64,000 nucleotides of DNA from Candidatus Omnitrophota bacterium (GTDB lineage Bacteria; Omnitrophota; Gorgyraeia; JAFGGP01), in the NCBI GenBank assembly GCA_016930485.1, contig JAFGGP010000013.1, forward strand, positions 25,157 to 89,156, written 5' to 3'. This document shows, in pieces, positions 32,529 to 41,781 of the stretch. The notes beneath the pieces are model-generated. The model was given only the letters and a program-made list of their open reading frames with translations. It did not search any database and had not been told where the DNA came from. Both the position numbers and the translations under genes were made by a program. Numbering within the stretch: the first letter of the stretch is position 1; every line of letters begins with the position of its first letter.

Positions 32529-34141
32529 CGAAGAAATACGTGTATGCATTATCAGCACTTTTTATTTTTCATGTAATAAATAATTTATATATCTTGCATC
32601 TGGATACCACGCCTATTGTCTATGACAGCTATGGGTATTTCTGCCAAACTGTCCACATGTACAGGTTAATCCAATCTTCCTTTCGTGATATTGTGGCAGT
32701 CCTTAACGCACCGCCCCTGTTACCGGCTGTAAGCACGCTCTTTTACTTTATATTCGGGGTAAGCCAGGATGTGGCATCCTATGCAAACCTTGCTTTCCTG
32801 ATAGCGCTGCTCTGGTCGATGTATAAGATCGGTGTTTATATGCAGGATGAACAAACCGGATTTTTGGCGGCCTTTATTCTGTCTACATATCCAATAACAA
32901 TGGGATTGTCCCGGGCATATATGCTTGAGTTTGCCCTGACTGCCATGGTATGCGCAAGCTGGTATTTTATGTTAAAGACAAAGTTTTTTACAGACACTAA
33001 AATATCCATTGTCTTTGGCATTGTTGCAGGATTGGGCCTTCTCTCCAAGATGACGTATCCCGGGTTTGTTGGGGGGCCTGCGTTATACTCAGTTATATAT
33101 GGGCTTATTGTCTATAGAGGAAAGAGATGGAAAATTATAAAAAACTTTTTTCTAGCAGGCATTATTACGGTTGTTGTCTCATTTTTCTGGTATAAACCTA
33201 ATCTGATTCTAGAGGTTATGCGGTATCAAAAAGACAGGGGCATTCCTTACGATATTCATGGTTTCTGCTTGGATAGATACCCGCTCTATTATCTATCAGA
33301 ATTATATAAGTCTCAACTCTGGTGGCCGTATTATCTATTATTTTTATTCGGGCTGGCTATAATGCTGTTCAGGGAGCCCAAAAAAATCATTTTCCCCGCT
33401 GTTGCCATTTTTACCTCGTATCTTATTTTTTCTTCTCTTGAGGTAAGGAATACCCGTCACACTGCGGCATATCTGCCAGGCTTTGCAATTATTACGGCAC
33501 TAGGATTACGAAATCTTTTCAAAGGCAAAAAATTAAGTTCTGTCACTATGCTATGTGTTGTAGTTCTGGGAATCGGGCAGGCTCTTTATATTCCGTATTC
33601 TCCGCATGCACAGAGGTTTCTCGAGCACAGAACCGGTTATTTTCCAGAAGATCTTTTTGCCTATAATATATCCAGACTTCACCTGGTGCTTAATACTGGG
33701 CTCTGGAACCCTCAGCATCGGATTTGGGACATAAAGAGGGCAATTAAAAAGATACAGCAACACCCATACTATGGGGCACAGCCGATCAGGGTTGCTTTGG
33801 TGAACGCAAGCCCTTATTTTGTTTTTTCTTTGTACATGACACAGCTGATGGAAAGGCTCCCCATAGAGTTCGTTATTTTCCGCACAGACAATACGCCGAT
33901 TCTGGATTTAACTGATTCTGTCTTTCACCTGACCGAAACGGAAATAAAGACCCTTGACTATCTTTGTATCTTCACATATAGGGTGAGCCAGGAACAGCCC
34001 TTGGATGTAGAGGTAATGATTGAAGAAATAAGACAACCGCAATGGTCGAATGCCCTAAGGTTAATAGATATTATGGAAATACCCGAAAATACCACAGGGT
34101 ATCTCTATGAAAAACTCAGTAACGAGGACAGGTCGGAATAG
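32525..34141 (+). CDS. GT-C-fold membrane glycosyltransferase, tandem paralog 2
   Basis: It has an ATGA overlap with paralog 1. Motifs include TTPIVYDSYGY, GLLSKMTYPGFV and RYQKDRGIPYDIHGF. Confidence 0.7.
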   Translation: MTKKYVYALSALFIFHVINNLYILHLDTTPIVYDSYGYFCQTVHMYRLIQSSFRDIVAVLNAPPLLPAVSTLFYFIFGVSQDVASYANLAFLIALLWSMYKIGVYMQDEQTGFLAAFILSTYPITMGLSRAYMLEFALTAMVCASWYFMLKTKFFTDTKISIVFGIVAGLGLLSKMTYPGFVGGPALYSVIYGLIVYRGKRWKIIKNFFLAGIITVVVSFFWYKPNLILEVMRYQKDRGIPYDIHGFCLDRYPLYYLSELYKSQLWWPYYLLFLFGLAIMLFREPKKIIFPAVAIFTSYLIFSSLEVRNTRHTAAYLPGFAIITALGLRNLFKGKKLSSVTMLCVVVLGIGQALYIPYSPHAQRFLEHRTGYFPEDLFAYNISRLHLVLNTGLWNPQHRIWDIKRAIKKIQQHPYYGAQPIRVALVNASPYFVFSLYMTQLMERLPIEFVIFRTDNTPILDLTDSVFHLTETEIKTLDYLCIFTYRVSQEQPLDVEVMIEEIRQPQWSNALRLIDIMEIPENTTGYLYEKLSNEDRSE

Positions 34142-35784
34142 TGTGCGTAAATAAAAAATACACCCTTTTGCTATGGATGCTCTTTGCTGCGCACCTTCTC
34201 AATAATGTGTATATCCTGAAGGTCGATAATACCCCATTCATTTTTGACAGCTATGGTTATTTCTGTAGAGGGGTTGAAATTTTCAGGTGGCTACATTCCT
34301 GCTTTAAGGAGCCTTTCAATCCTGTCACCACAATGACCCCCTTATTTCCTTTTTCGAGCGCCCTATGTTATTGTTTATTTGGGGTCGGTCAGGACACAGC
34401 GTGTTACGCCAATGCCGTATTTCTGTTTATTCTGCTATACGCGGTATACAAAGTAGGTGAGTATATGGGTAATGGCGCAACAGGGCTCCTGGCCGCATTC
34501 ATTGTATCCACCTATCCGGTAGTTATGGCATTTTCAAGACATTGTATGCCGGAGTTCTCTCTGATGGCAATGGTCAGTCTCACGCTATACGCCCTGACAA
34601 CGACAGAGTTTTTTACACGCATCAGGGCCTCTTTGTTCCTTGGATTGGTCATAGGGGGCGGGTTACTGACCAAGATGACGTATCCCGGTTTTGTGATAGG
34701 CCCTATACTCTATTTTTTCTTTGGCGGGATTCTGATGCATAGAGAAAAAACGCCCCGCATTATAAGAAACTTTCTTCTAGCACTATTAATTGCGGTTCTG
34801 GTCTCGTTTTTCTGGTATAAGACGAATTTCATGGCGCAGGTTTTCCGCTATCAAAGCGACAGAGGCATTCCTTACGATATTCATGGCTTTCGTTTGGACG
34901 AACGCACATTGTATTATTTATTTGCGCTCCACAATTCGCAGATGTGGTGGCCGTACTACATTCTTTTTCTGATCGCCCTGGGCATAATGCTTCTTAAGGG
35001 GCCTGAAAAGCTGATTTTTCCTGGGGCGGCTGTTCTTGTCCCATATCTTATTTTTTCATCTCTCGAGATAAAGAATGGCAGGCACATCATCGCCTATCTT
35101 CCGGGATTTGCGGTGATAACCGCCTGGGGACTGCAGCATCTTTTTGCAAATAGGGCAGCGCATCGTGTACTTATGACTTGTGTCGTAGCCTTAGGGATCG
35201 GGCAGGCCGTCTTTATCTCGTACTGCCCCCAGGCACAAAGATTTATTGATGCTGGTGCGTTTGACTCTAACTCTACATTTGTTGAGGATCCATATGGCGC
35301 AAATGAATTCCGCATCCATCAGACATTTAATATGGGGCTCTGGCGGCCAAATAGAAATAGCTGGGGGGCGGAAAGGATGCTTTCTTTGATTAAGGAAGAT
35401 ACATCCTACGGAAAGAAAACAATAAAAATCGGACTGGTGAATGCCAGCGCCCGTGTATTTTTTGCCCTTCATATCAAAAAGGAAATAGAGCGACCCCCCA
35501 TAGAAATCCAGGCCTTTTACACAGAGCACACCCGCGACCTTGGCCTGAATGACACAAAGAAATTTTTCCTTAATCGCGAGACGGCAGGCGACCTGGATTA
35601 CCTTGGTGTCTTTACCTATAAAACCGACCCTTCACAACCACCCGACGCCGAAGACCTGGTGTGCCAGATCAACTCTAGTGCCTGGTCTGACATACTTACT
35701 CTGATAGATAGTTTTTCTCTGCCCGAGGATACGGTTGCCTATTTTTATAAAAATGTAGACCCTCGGAGAGAAAAAGATTTGTAA
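34141..35784 (+). CDS. GT-C-fold membrane glycosyltransferase, tandem paralog 3
   Basis: Its GTG start overlaps the upstream TAG (TAGTG). Motifs include NTPFIFDSYGY, GLLTKMTYPGFV and RYQSDRGIPYDIHGF. It shares a 23-nt identical DNA stretch with paralog 2 (33239-33261 = 34864-34886). Confidence 0.7.
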   Translation: MCVNKKYTLLLWMLFAAHLLNNVYILKVDNTPFIFDSYGYFCRGVEIFRWLHSCFKEPFNPVTTMTPLFPFSSALCYCLFGVGQDTACYANAVFLFILLYAVYKVGEYMGNGATGLLAAFIVSTYPVVMAFSRHCMPEFSLMAMVSLTLYALTTTEFFTRIRASLFLGLVIGGGLLTKMTYPGFVIGPILYFFFGGILMHREKTPRIIRNFLLALLIAVLVSFFWYKTNFMAQVFRYQSDRGIPYDIHGFRLDERTLYYLFALHNSQMWWPYYILFLIALGIMLLKGPEKLIFPGAAVLVPYLIFSSLEIKNGRHIIAYLPGFAVITAWGLQHLFANRAAHRVLMTCVVALGIGQAVFISYCPQAQRFIDAGAFDSNSTFVEDPYGANEFRIHQTFNMGLWRPNRNSWGAERMLSLIKEDTSYGKKTIKIGLVNASARVFFALHIKKEIERPPIEIQAFYTEHTRDLGLNDTKKFFLNRETAGDLDYLGVFTYKTDPSQPPDAEDLVCQINSSAWSDILTLIDSFSLPEDTVAYFYKNVDPRREKDL

Positions 35785-35821
35785 CCGTGATATTGCTTTT
35801 CACTAAGGGAGGGGCATGCAC

Positions 35822-36475
35822 ATGAAATATGCAAGAGTTAGTTTTATGCTGGTTGTGATGGGAGGAATGCTCTACTTAACTATCCTATCCTTTAATGAGC
35901 CATACAAGCAGTATGGGGAAGAGGACGCAGCAGTCGTCGACTCCCCCCAAAAGGTCATTCCTAAGGCAAGGATAGACGTAACGGCTGAAGGAGCCTTGTT
36001 TGAACTACTTGATTTGGAGGCCTATGGTGTATCTGGAATTATTCTTGAGCGAGAACCTAATCAACCCGCAGAGCCCCGGTTTGCCATTGTCAAACAACCT
36101 GCGTCAGCCGACTGGAAGGCCATGATCATCAGTTTTACCCCCAGCGATTCAGGGTATCTCAGGATCCGATTGAGAGGGGCCTATTACGATGATATCGAAA
36201 GAAATCATCACAGTGTCGTATTTGATGACGTGGCCGTGTGTTCAGAAGACCTTGTGCGCAATGGGAGTTTTGAGACCGAGGAAAATGGAAAACCAAGTGA
36301 TTGGGAAGGGGATTGCGAGGCCTACATTAACGATACAGCCCGGGCCAGGACGGGAGACAGGGCCGTTCAGGTGTGGCACGACCAGTTTATCGACCAGGTT
36401 ATCCCTGTTGCCGAGAAAAAGACCTATATGATAAAGGCGTATTTTAAAACGGCCGATGAAACGAACCACAATTAA
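35822..36475 (+). CDS. small secreted/anchored protein with CBM-like motifs (copy 2)
   Basis: SD AGGGAGGGG precedes it, so ATG 35822 is preferred over 35816. It has an N-terminal hydrophobic segment. It is co-linear with copy 1 (PKARIDVTAE...FAIVK...VFDDVAV...NGSFE...GKPSDWEG...QVWHDQ...YMIKAYFKTA). Confidence 0.6.
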   Translation: MKYARVSFMLVVMGGMLYLTILSFNEPYKQYGEEDAAVVDSPQKVIPKARIDVTAEGALFELLDLEAYGVSGIILEREPNQPAEPRFAIVKQPASADWKAMIISFTPSDSGYLRIRLRGAYYDDIERNHHSVVFDDVAVCSEDLVRNGSFETEENGKPSDWEGDCEAYINDTARARTGDRAVQVWHDQFIDQVIPVAEKKTYMIKAYFKTADETNHN

Positions 36476-36505
36476 AACAGCCATATAATTTCCCAATATA
36501 CGGAA

Positions 36506-38011
36506 ATGAAAATTGTTATAGCGAATTCTGTCGGCATTGACCAACGAGGCCTGTTTATTATTCACTCACCGAGCAGGTGGACAAGCGGGGTGAGGAGTTC
36601 GTCGAGATGGTTTGCCTATTATCCCTGGGAGCTGGCATATCTTTCTTCTTTATTAAAACGCGAGTTGGGCAGTACGTACGATATTATATTCATAGATGGG
36701 TGTCTTGAGCGATGGACGGCCACAGCGTATATAGAAAAAATAGCGGCCGAGTCTCCGGACTGGCTTGTTATAGAATCGGCAACCCGTGTCTATGATGAAA
36801 ATTGCCGGGTTGCATCGGCCATTAAACAGAGATGCGGAGCAAAGGTTATTTTTGTAGGTCAGCACGCAACCGCATTTCCTGAGACAGTATTACGGGACGG
36901 GGCGGATTATGTCTGTACCGGCGAGTATGAAGAAACGGTATGCGAGATTCTTAAAGGGGCGGAGACCGATACGATAGCCGGTCTCTATCCCAATGGCAGG
37001 CGGGGTATCATTGACATCAATCGCCTGCCCTGGCCAGAGGACGACGATGTCTCCCGCCTTAACTATGGAAAACCGGGCGAGCCAAGCTCTGAATATTTGG
37101 AGATACAGGCATATGCCTCGCGCGGCTGTCCGGGGAGTTGCCTGTTTTGCGTTGCACGCCACGTCTACTATGACTGCCCAAACTGGAGGCCAAGAGACAT
37201 TCGCGATATCATCAATGAACTAAAATACCTCAAAAATAAATATCCTGAACTCGAAGGGATTTTCTTTGACGAGGAGTCGCATCTGCAGAATAAAGATTTT
37301 GCCCTTCGGTTGGCCGACGCGATCCGCAAAGAAAACCTGCATACATTGCACTTTGAGGCAATGTGTAACCTTTCTTCACTGGATACAGAGGTGATGCGTG
37401 CGCTAGCAGCCTCAGGCTATTACAAGGTACGGTTCGGGATTGAGACTGCCTCCGAAAAGGTTGCCAGAAACATAGGAAAGAAAATGGAGAAATCGGTGCT
37501 TATAAAAAAACTAGAAGAGGCCCAATCAATCGGACTCAAGACCTACGGGACATTTATGATGGGTGCCCCCGGCTCTAACAGAGCAGAGGACAGGAAAACG
37601 ATCGATTTTATTCAGGAACTTATCAAAAACCGTCTTTTGACCAATGTGCAGATTTCCCTGTGCACCCCGCAGCCGGGAACCCCTTTTTATGACTGGATAG
37701 TGAAAAGAAATTTGCTTGTTTCTTACGCCAACTCAGATTTTGATGGGGAGGGCACGGCCGTGGTCAGCTACCCAGATTATGCGGCAGGCGAGATCAAAGA
37801 GATGCTCAAGTACGCCTTTGCTGTAAGGGATCATGCTTTTTTTAGCCAGCACATGGTGTGCGGAGGCATGGGATCGTGGATAAAGCGCGTGTGCAGGCAG
37901 CATGGCCTTCCAGGTGCTGTCAAAAAAGGCTTCATGCGGATTATTCGGGAGGCGCGGTTTTTGACAACTCGGATAAGTCGCTGGCGGTTTCGCGCGAACC
38001 AAAAACAATGA
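36506..38011 (+). CDS. B12-binding-domain radical SAM protein
   Basis: It has an N-terminal B12-binding-like region with an SRW motif also seen in the fused radical SAM 1 (HSPSRWTSG here versus RAGSRWPH there). The cluster motif is ASRGCPGSCLFCVA. Confidence 0.85.
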   Translation: MKIVIANSVGIDQRGLFIIHSPSRWTSGVRSSSRWFAYYPWELAYLSSLLKRELGSTYDIIFIDGCLERWTATAYIEKIAAESPDWLVIESATRVYDENCRVASAIKQRCGAKVIFVGQHATAFPETVLRDGADYVCTGEYEETVCEILKGAETDTIAGLYPNGRRGIIDINRLPWPEDDDVSRLNYGKPGEPSSEYLEIQAYASRGCPGSCLFCVARHVYYDCPNWRPRDIRDIINELKYLKNKYPELEGIFFDEESHLQNKDFALRLADAIRKENLHTLHFEAMCNLSSLDTEVMRALAASGYYKVRFGIETASEKVARNIGKKMEKSVLIKKLEEAQSIGLKTYGTFMMGAPGSNRAEDRKTIDFIQELIKNRLLTNVQISLCTPQPGTPFYDWIVKRNLLVSYANSDFDGEGTAVVSYPDYAAGEIKEMLKYAFAVRDHAFFSQHMVCGGMGSWIKRVCRQHGLPGAVKKGFMRIIREARFLTTRISRWRFRANQKQ

Positions 38012-41000
38012 ACATAGATAGGGCAAAGTATAATTACGCTGTTTTATTTTTTCTATCGATTGCTGTCGTAATCGTTAATGTGTATGCGTTATCCGTTGAT
38101 ACTGTTCCACTCTGTTTTGATGAGGCAGGGTATCATCTGCTGGCATGGCGATACTACACCTATTGTACGGAATATTTCAGTTGGCGAACAGCGCATAATG
38201 CTTTTTATTCTATCAGCAATTTTTATCCGCCGCTCTACCCTATTTTTGAATCTTGTTTTATCGCTTGTTTTAAAGATTTGCAGGACGGGGCTATTTTAGT
38301 AAATACCTTCATCCTGCTGCTTCTTCTTTTTGCCACATACGCATTGGCGCGTTCTCTTCTGGGAAAAAAATATGGTGTACTTTCCTTCTGGATCACGGCC
38401 ACCTCACCGGCTATTTTTGGGTTCTCAAGAACTAACTTTCCTGTTTTGTTGGTCTCTCTCATGTATGTGTTACTGTGTTTAAGCATTCTGTGGGCGTCCC
38501 GCAAAAATTCGCTGAAATCTTACGGATTAGTCGGCGCTGTGTTGGGTATGGGTCTGTTGTCAAAACAGACGTTTTTTGTATATGCGTTGGCTCCGCTGGG
38601 AGTGTCCGCACTTTTGGCTATAGAAGACATCCAAAAATCTTCCCGAACAACCCGATCGCGGCTGACTTTGTTTGCCCTCTTCATCGGCCTTGGCATAGCC
38701 GCCCTGTGGTATGTGCCGAATGTGATGACCGGCAGGTTGTTATGCGTGGCACCGGATCAGCACAATACATACCAATTGATACTGGCATCTACAGGCGGTT
38801 TGCATTCTCTTTTTCATGCTGCCCCCTGGATATATTATCCAAGGCAATTCTTTATTAATCAGGTCTCGCCGTTTTATAGTGTATTGTTCCTTTTTGTCCT
38901 TATTAACGGCTTAAGAAAAAAACGGCTCATGAGAGACTTTTTATTCTTATGCACTATGTTACCCCTGTGCTTCTTTTATCTCGCCCCTTTTAAACAGATG
39001 AGATACGTTGTCCCCACGATACCCTTAATAGCCATTCAGATAGAAAGAGAAATATATGCTGCAGCATGGTCGCAAAAAAAGAAAAGGATACTTTTTGCCT
39101 GTATCGGCATTATCGGCGCCGCCCAGCTACTCATCCCCAGTCTTTTATCTATTAAGCAGGCATCATATGTCTACGCCGACTATTATCCGCGGAGAGAACA
39201 GGGCATACAGAGCCCGCACATATTCACCTGGGATAGTCGTTTTCCCTCCCCGCTTGTTACAAAAGAGCGTTTTCTTAATAAGGATACCCACATCGGACTG
39301 CTGCCTTCAACCCCACTGTCTTCCGCTCTTAGTTATTCCATTGATGCTGCGAAAAACAAGAACCGTTTTTATCTGCAGCAAAACAATGTCTTTGTACACG
39401 ACATTAAACCAGGTAACTGTGCATGGTTGAATGATGCAACTTATCTAATTGTAGATAGTAATGGTTTTTCAAAAGAGCCGTTGGACGACATCGATACCGC
39501 GGTCTATAGGGAGAGTGTACGAAGACTGGAGACACTCATCGATCGGGAAAAATTTGAAAAAGTAAACAGCATTCCAGTCTTCGGCGATCAAATTATCAGT
39601 GTATATATGCAGAAAGAGCGGATTAGGGATTTAGAAGAGGTGGATAAAAATGCCGTTGAAATGTCTTTTCTTAAGTATAATAAGCTCTGGGCAGGGTTAG
39701 ATAACGGCTCACTATCGATCGGCTCTATCCGTGATAAAAAAATAACGGGGCTCGATTATACAGCAGGCGACGCTATTACTGCGGCCAGAGGGCTTAATAT
39801 CAGCTTTTATTATGGGGGGCGCCACTATTCAACCCTTGGCACTGAGGCCTATCTCGAAAAAGACAACGACCGCTCTTTTACCGCTACCTTTGAGTGGGCG
39901 GGATGCCCGGCATTGGTGCACCTAGATGTTGCTCTTGTTAACGACCTTACCATTGTCTGGGATGTTCGTTTTGAGGCAAAGGAATATATAGAAATAGAGC
40001 ACATGCAGAATGAAGTTGTGTTGAGGAATGCCTACTCGGCATGGGGAGACCTTGCCGGCACCCATGTTTTTCCCTTCAATGCACCCTGGTCAAGGACGCG
40101 CGACCTTTCGGATAAAACCCGTTTTTCCGATTGGGTCTCTCTTTACTCGAAAAAACCGCGGAGATACCCGCCGGCCTTAATGTCACTTAATACCCATGGA
40201 CGCCGGGGAATTATGCTCTGCCAGACAACGGCGAAACACAGAATATTCGGCATATACAATTCCACGCGGGCACTTACACCCGGGCTCCATACAATCTTCT
40301 CCGGTACCCTGCGATTTTTTTCAAAACAAGAAGAACTAGAAAAACAGGCACAGAGGCTTGCACAAAGCCGTCACATCTCGTTAGGGCAGGTATCAGTGTA
40401 CTGTGGTATAGACAATATCTTCTTTTCCATGCCTGATGACAGCTTCCAGTTTATACCCCGCACTTCGATAATAGCCGAAGATGCCGAAGGAAACATATCG
40501 CAGATAGAGGATACCATAAAGGGGTTCAAGAAAGTCGACCCCGATACATGTTCGATCACAACGGCCGATTATACAGGTAAGGCTGTTTTCGAACAGTCTT
40601 TTACAGTTAAGGATAGGCAGACGATCGAATGGAATATCAGGGGACGCCTTTCAGGGGACAGGAAAATACAAAGAATGCGGACATCGTTACTTTTTGATAG
40701 GGCACAGCATGCCAGCTGGATAACGCCCCGTGAACGACAGGTCCTCGCCAATAAAACAGGCTGGAGCGATGTCGTCATACAGGACTATCTCATTACAACC
40801 ATAGGCATCTCCCACAAGACCAATAAGCGATCAATGCCGAAGGCCGTGTTATTTACGGTAACCGGCGCCCCCGCATCCTATAAACCGGTCATCAGCTATG
40901 GCCCCGATAAGGCACACCTGCAGTTTTTCTGTGAGGGCGGAAATACCGAACTTAATAATGGGCTATCGGATGATCTGGGCAGTTTTACGATAACACTTTT

Positions 41001-41781
41001 ACATACCGAGCAGGAAATGGAGGGTTTTCTCGCAAGCAGTGGCCTTTTATCAGATGATGCTGTTATAGCACAAGGCGAAAGCTGTGTATTGGAACAGGGC
41101 GATCTCAGGCTCTCATTTGAAAATGGCATAGTAAAGGTTTTCTGGAAAGATATAGAAATAACAGACGGGTTCGGCATGTATACATCTGTGCGCGCCAATG
41201 GCGTATGGCATGATTCAACCAAGGGGCTCTGGGAGATAGCTGTTCATGACGACACATCAGTGACTGCCTCCTATGTGCTGCTCTATCTTCCGGTTGAATT
41301 TACGTGGAAGGTGGCTTTGAAGGATGGGTGCCGCATTCTTTGGGATATCGATGTCCATCTGCACACAAGGGAGATGTCTGCCGAAATGGATGAAGTACAG
41401 GCAAGCATGATGTTGCGACCCGAGTATGATTTCTGGAAGGCTGAGAAATTTTCTGAGCCGGACCAGTCTTTCTATGAAAGAAGCGGCTATTTTTTAAGCC
41501 CGGTTTCAGACAGATGGTCACAAATGTGGGAAGGCAATGCCGGAAAGATGTGCACGAGGCTTACCGCGGCATCGTACTCTGAAAAAACCGAGAAGGCGGT
41601 ACCACGTATTTCCTTAACGGCAACCCTTGACCGCACTCATTACAAGGCAAAGATCTTTACCACAGATACTTTTTTTGATTCGCGGGCACTTCAGTTTTCT
41701 CGCCAGGGGATGCAATTGCCGCAGGAAAAGGGAGAGAGCCGTTTTTTTTCTGGGGAGATCGTGGTGAATGCATCAAAGTAA
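38008..41781 (+). CDS. GT-C-fold membrane glycosyltransferase fused to three copies of the unassigned ~210-aa module
   Basis: ATG 38008 forms an ATGA overlap with the upstream stop; the ORF-track extension from 37858 lies inside the previous gene. The GT-C part spans ~38008-39162 (DTVPLCFDEAGYH, GLLSKQTFFVYA), followed by a soluble linker domain to ~39627. The modules lie at ~39655-40347, ~40369-41031 and ~41089-41772. Confidence 0.75.
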   Translation: MNIDRAKYNYAVLFFLSIAVVIVNVYALSVDTVPLCFDEAGYHLLAWRYYTYCTEYFSWRTAHNAFYSISNFYPPLYPIFESCFIACFKDLQDGAILVNTFILLLLLFATYALARSLLGKKYGVLSFWITATSPAIFGFSRTNFPVLLVSLMYVLLCLSILWASRKNSLKSYGLVGAVLGMGLLSKQTFFVYALAPLGVSALLAIEDIQKSSRTTRSRLTLFALFIGLGIAALWYVPNVMTGRLLCVAPDQHNTYQLILASTGGLHSLFHAAPWIYYPRQFFINQVSPFYSVLFLFVLINGLRKKRLMRDFLFLCTMLPLCFFYLAPFKQMRYVVPTIPLIAIQIEREIYAAAWSQKKKRILFACIGIIGAAQLLIPSLLSIKQASYVYADYYPRREQGIQSPHIFTWDSRFPSPLVTKERFLNKDTHIGLLPSTPLSSALSYSIDAAKNKNRFYLQQNNVFVHDIKPGNCAWLNDATYLIVDSNGFSKEPLDDIDTAVYRESVRRLETLIDREKFEKVNSIPVFGDQIISVYMQKERIRDLEEVDKNAVEMSFLKYNKLWAGLDNGSLSIGSIRDKKITGLDYTAGDAITAARGLNISFYYGGRHYSTLGTEAYLEKDNDRSFTATFEWAGCPALVHLDVALVNDLTIVWDVRFEAKEYIEIEHMQNEVVLRNAYSAWGDLAGTHVFPFNAPWSRTRDLSDKTRFSDWVSLYSKKPRRYPPALMSLNTHGRRGIMLCQTTAKHRIFGIYNSTRALTPGLHTIFSGTLRFFSKQEELEKQAQRLAQSRHISLGQVSVYCGIDNIFFSMPDDSFQFIPRTSIIAEDAEGNISQIEDTIKGFKKVDPDTCSITTADYTGKAVFEQSFTVKDRQTIEWNIRGRLSGDRKIQRMRTSLLFDRAQHASWITPRERQVLANKTGWSDVVIQDYLITTIGISHKTNKRSMPKAVLFTVTGAPASYKPVISYGPDKAHLQFFCEGGNTELNNGLSDDLGSFTITLLHTEQEMEGFLASSGLLSDDAVIAQGESCVLEQGDLRLSFENGIVKVFWKDIEITDGFGMYTSVRANGVWHDSTKGLWEIAVHDDTSVTASYVLLYLPVEFTWKVALKDGCRILWDIDVHLHTREMSAEMDEVQASMMLRPEYDFWKAEKFSEPDQSFYERSGYFLSPVSDRWSQMWEGNAGKMCTRLTAASYSEKTEKAVPRISLTATLDRTHYKAKIFTTDTFFDSRALQFSRQGMQLPQEKGESRFFSGEIVVNASK

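Noticed and set aside
30867-35784. The tandem GT-C genes could be an assembly duplication artefact or a mobile element.
   Set aside because: The three copies are clearly diverged at both protein and DNA level; only a 23-nt identical stretch was noticed. They are joined by functional-looking start/stop overlaps, and no transposase or terminal repeats are present.
11916-38011. The radical-SAM-rich block could be a lipid (hopanoid/ladderane-type) or RiPP biosynthetic cluster.
   Set aside because: No squalene/hopene cyclase, fatty-acid/polyketide or precursor-peptide genes are visible. The radical SAM genes are interleaved with glycosyltransferases, a WecA-like initiator and a Wzm/Wzt exporter, so a glycan context is better supported. 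The true substrate remains unknown.
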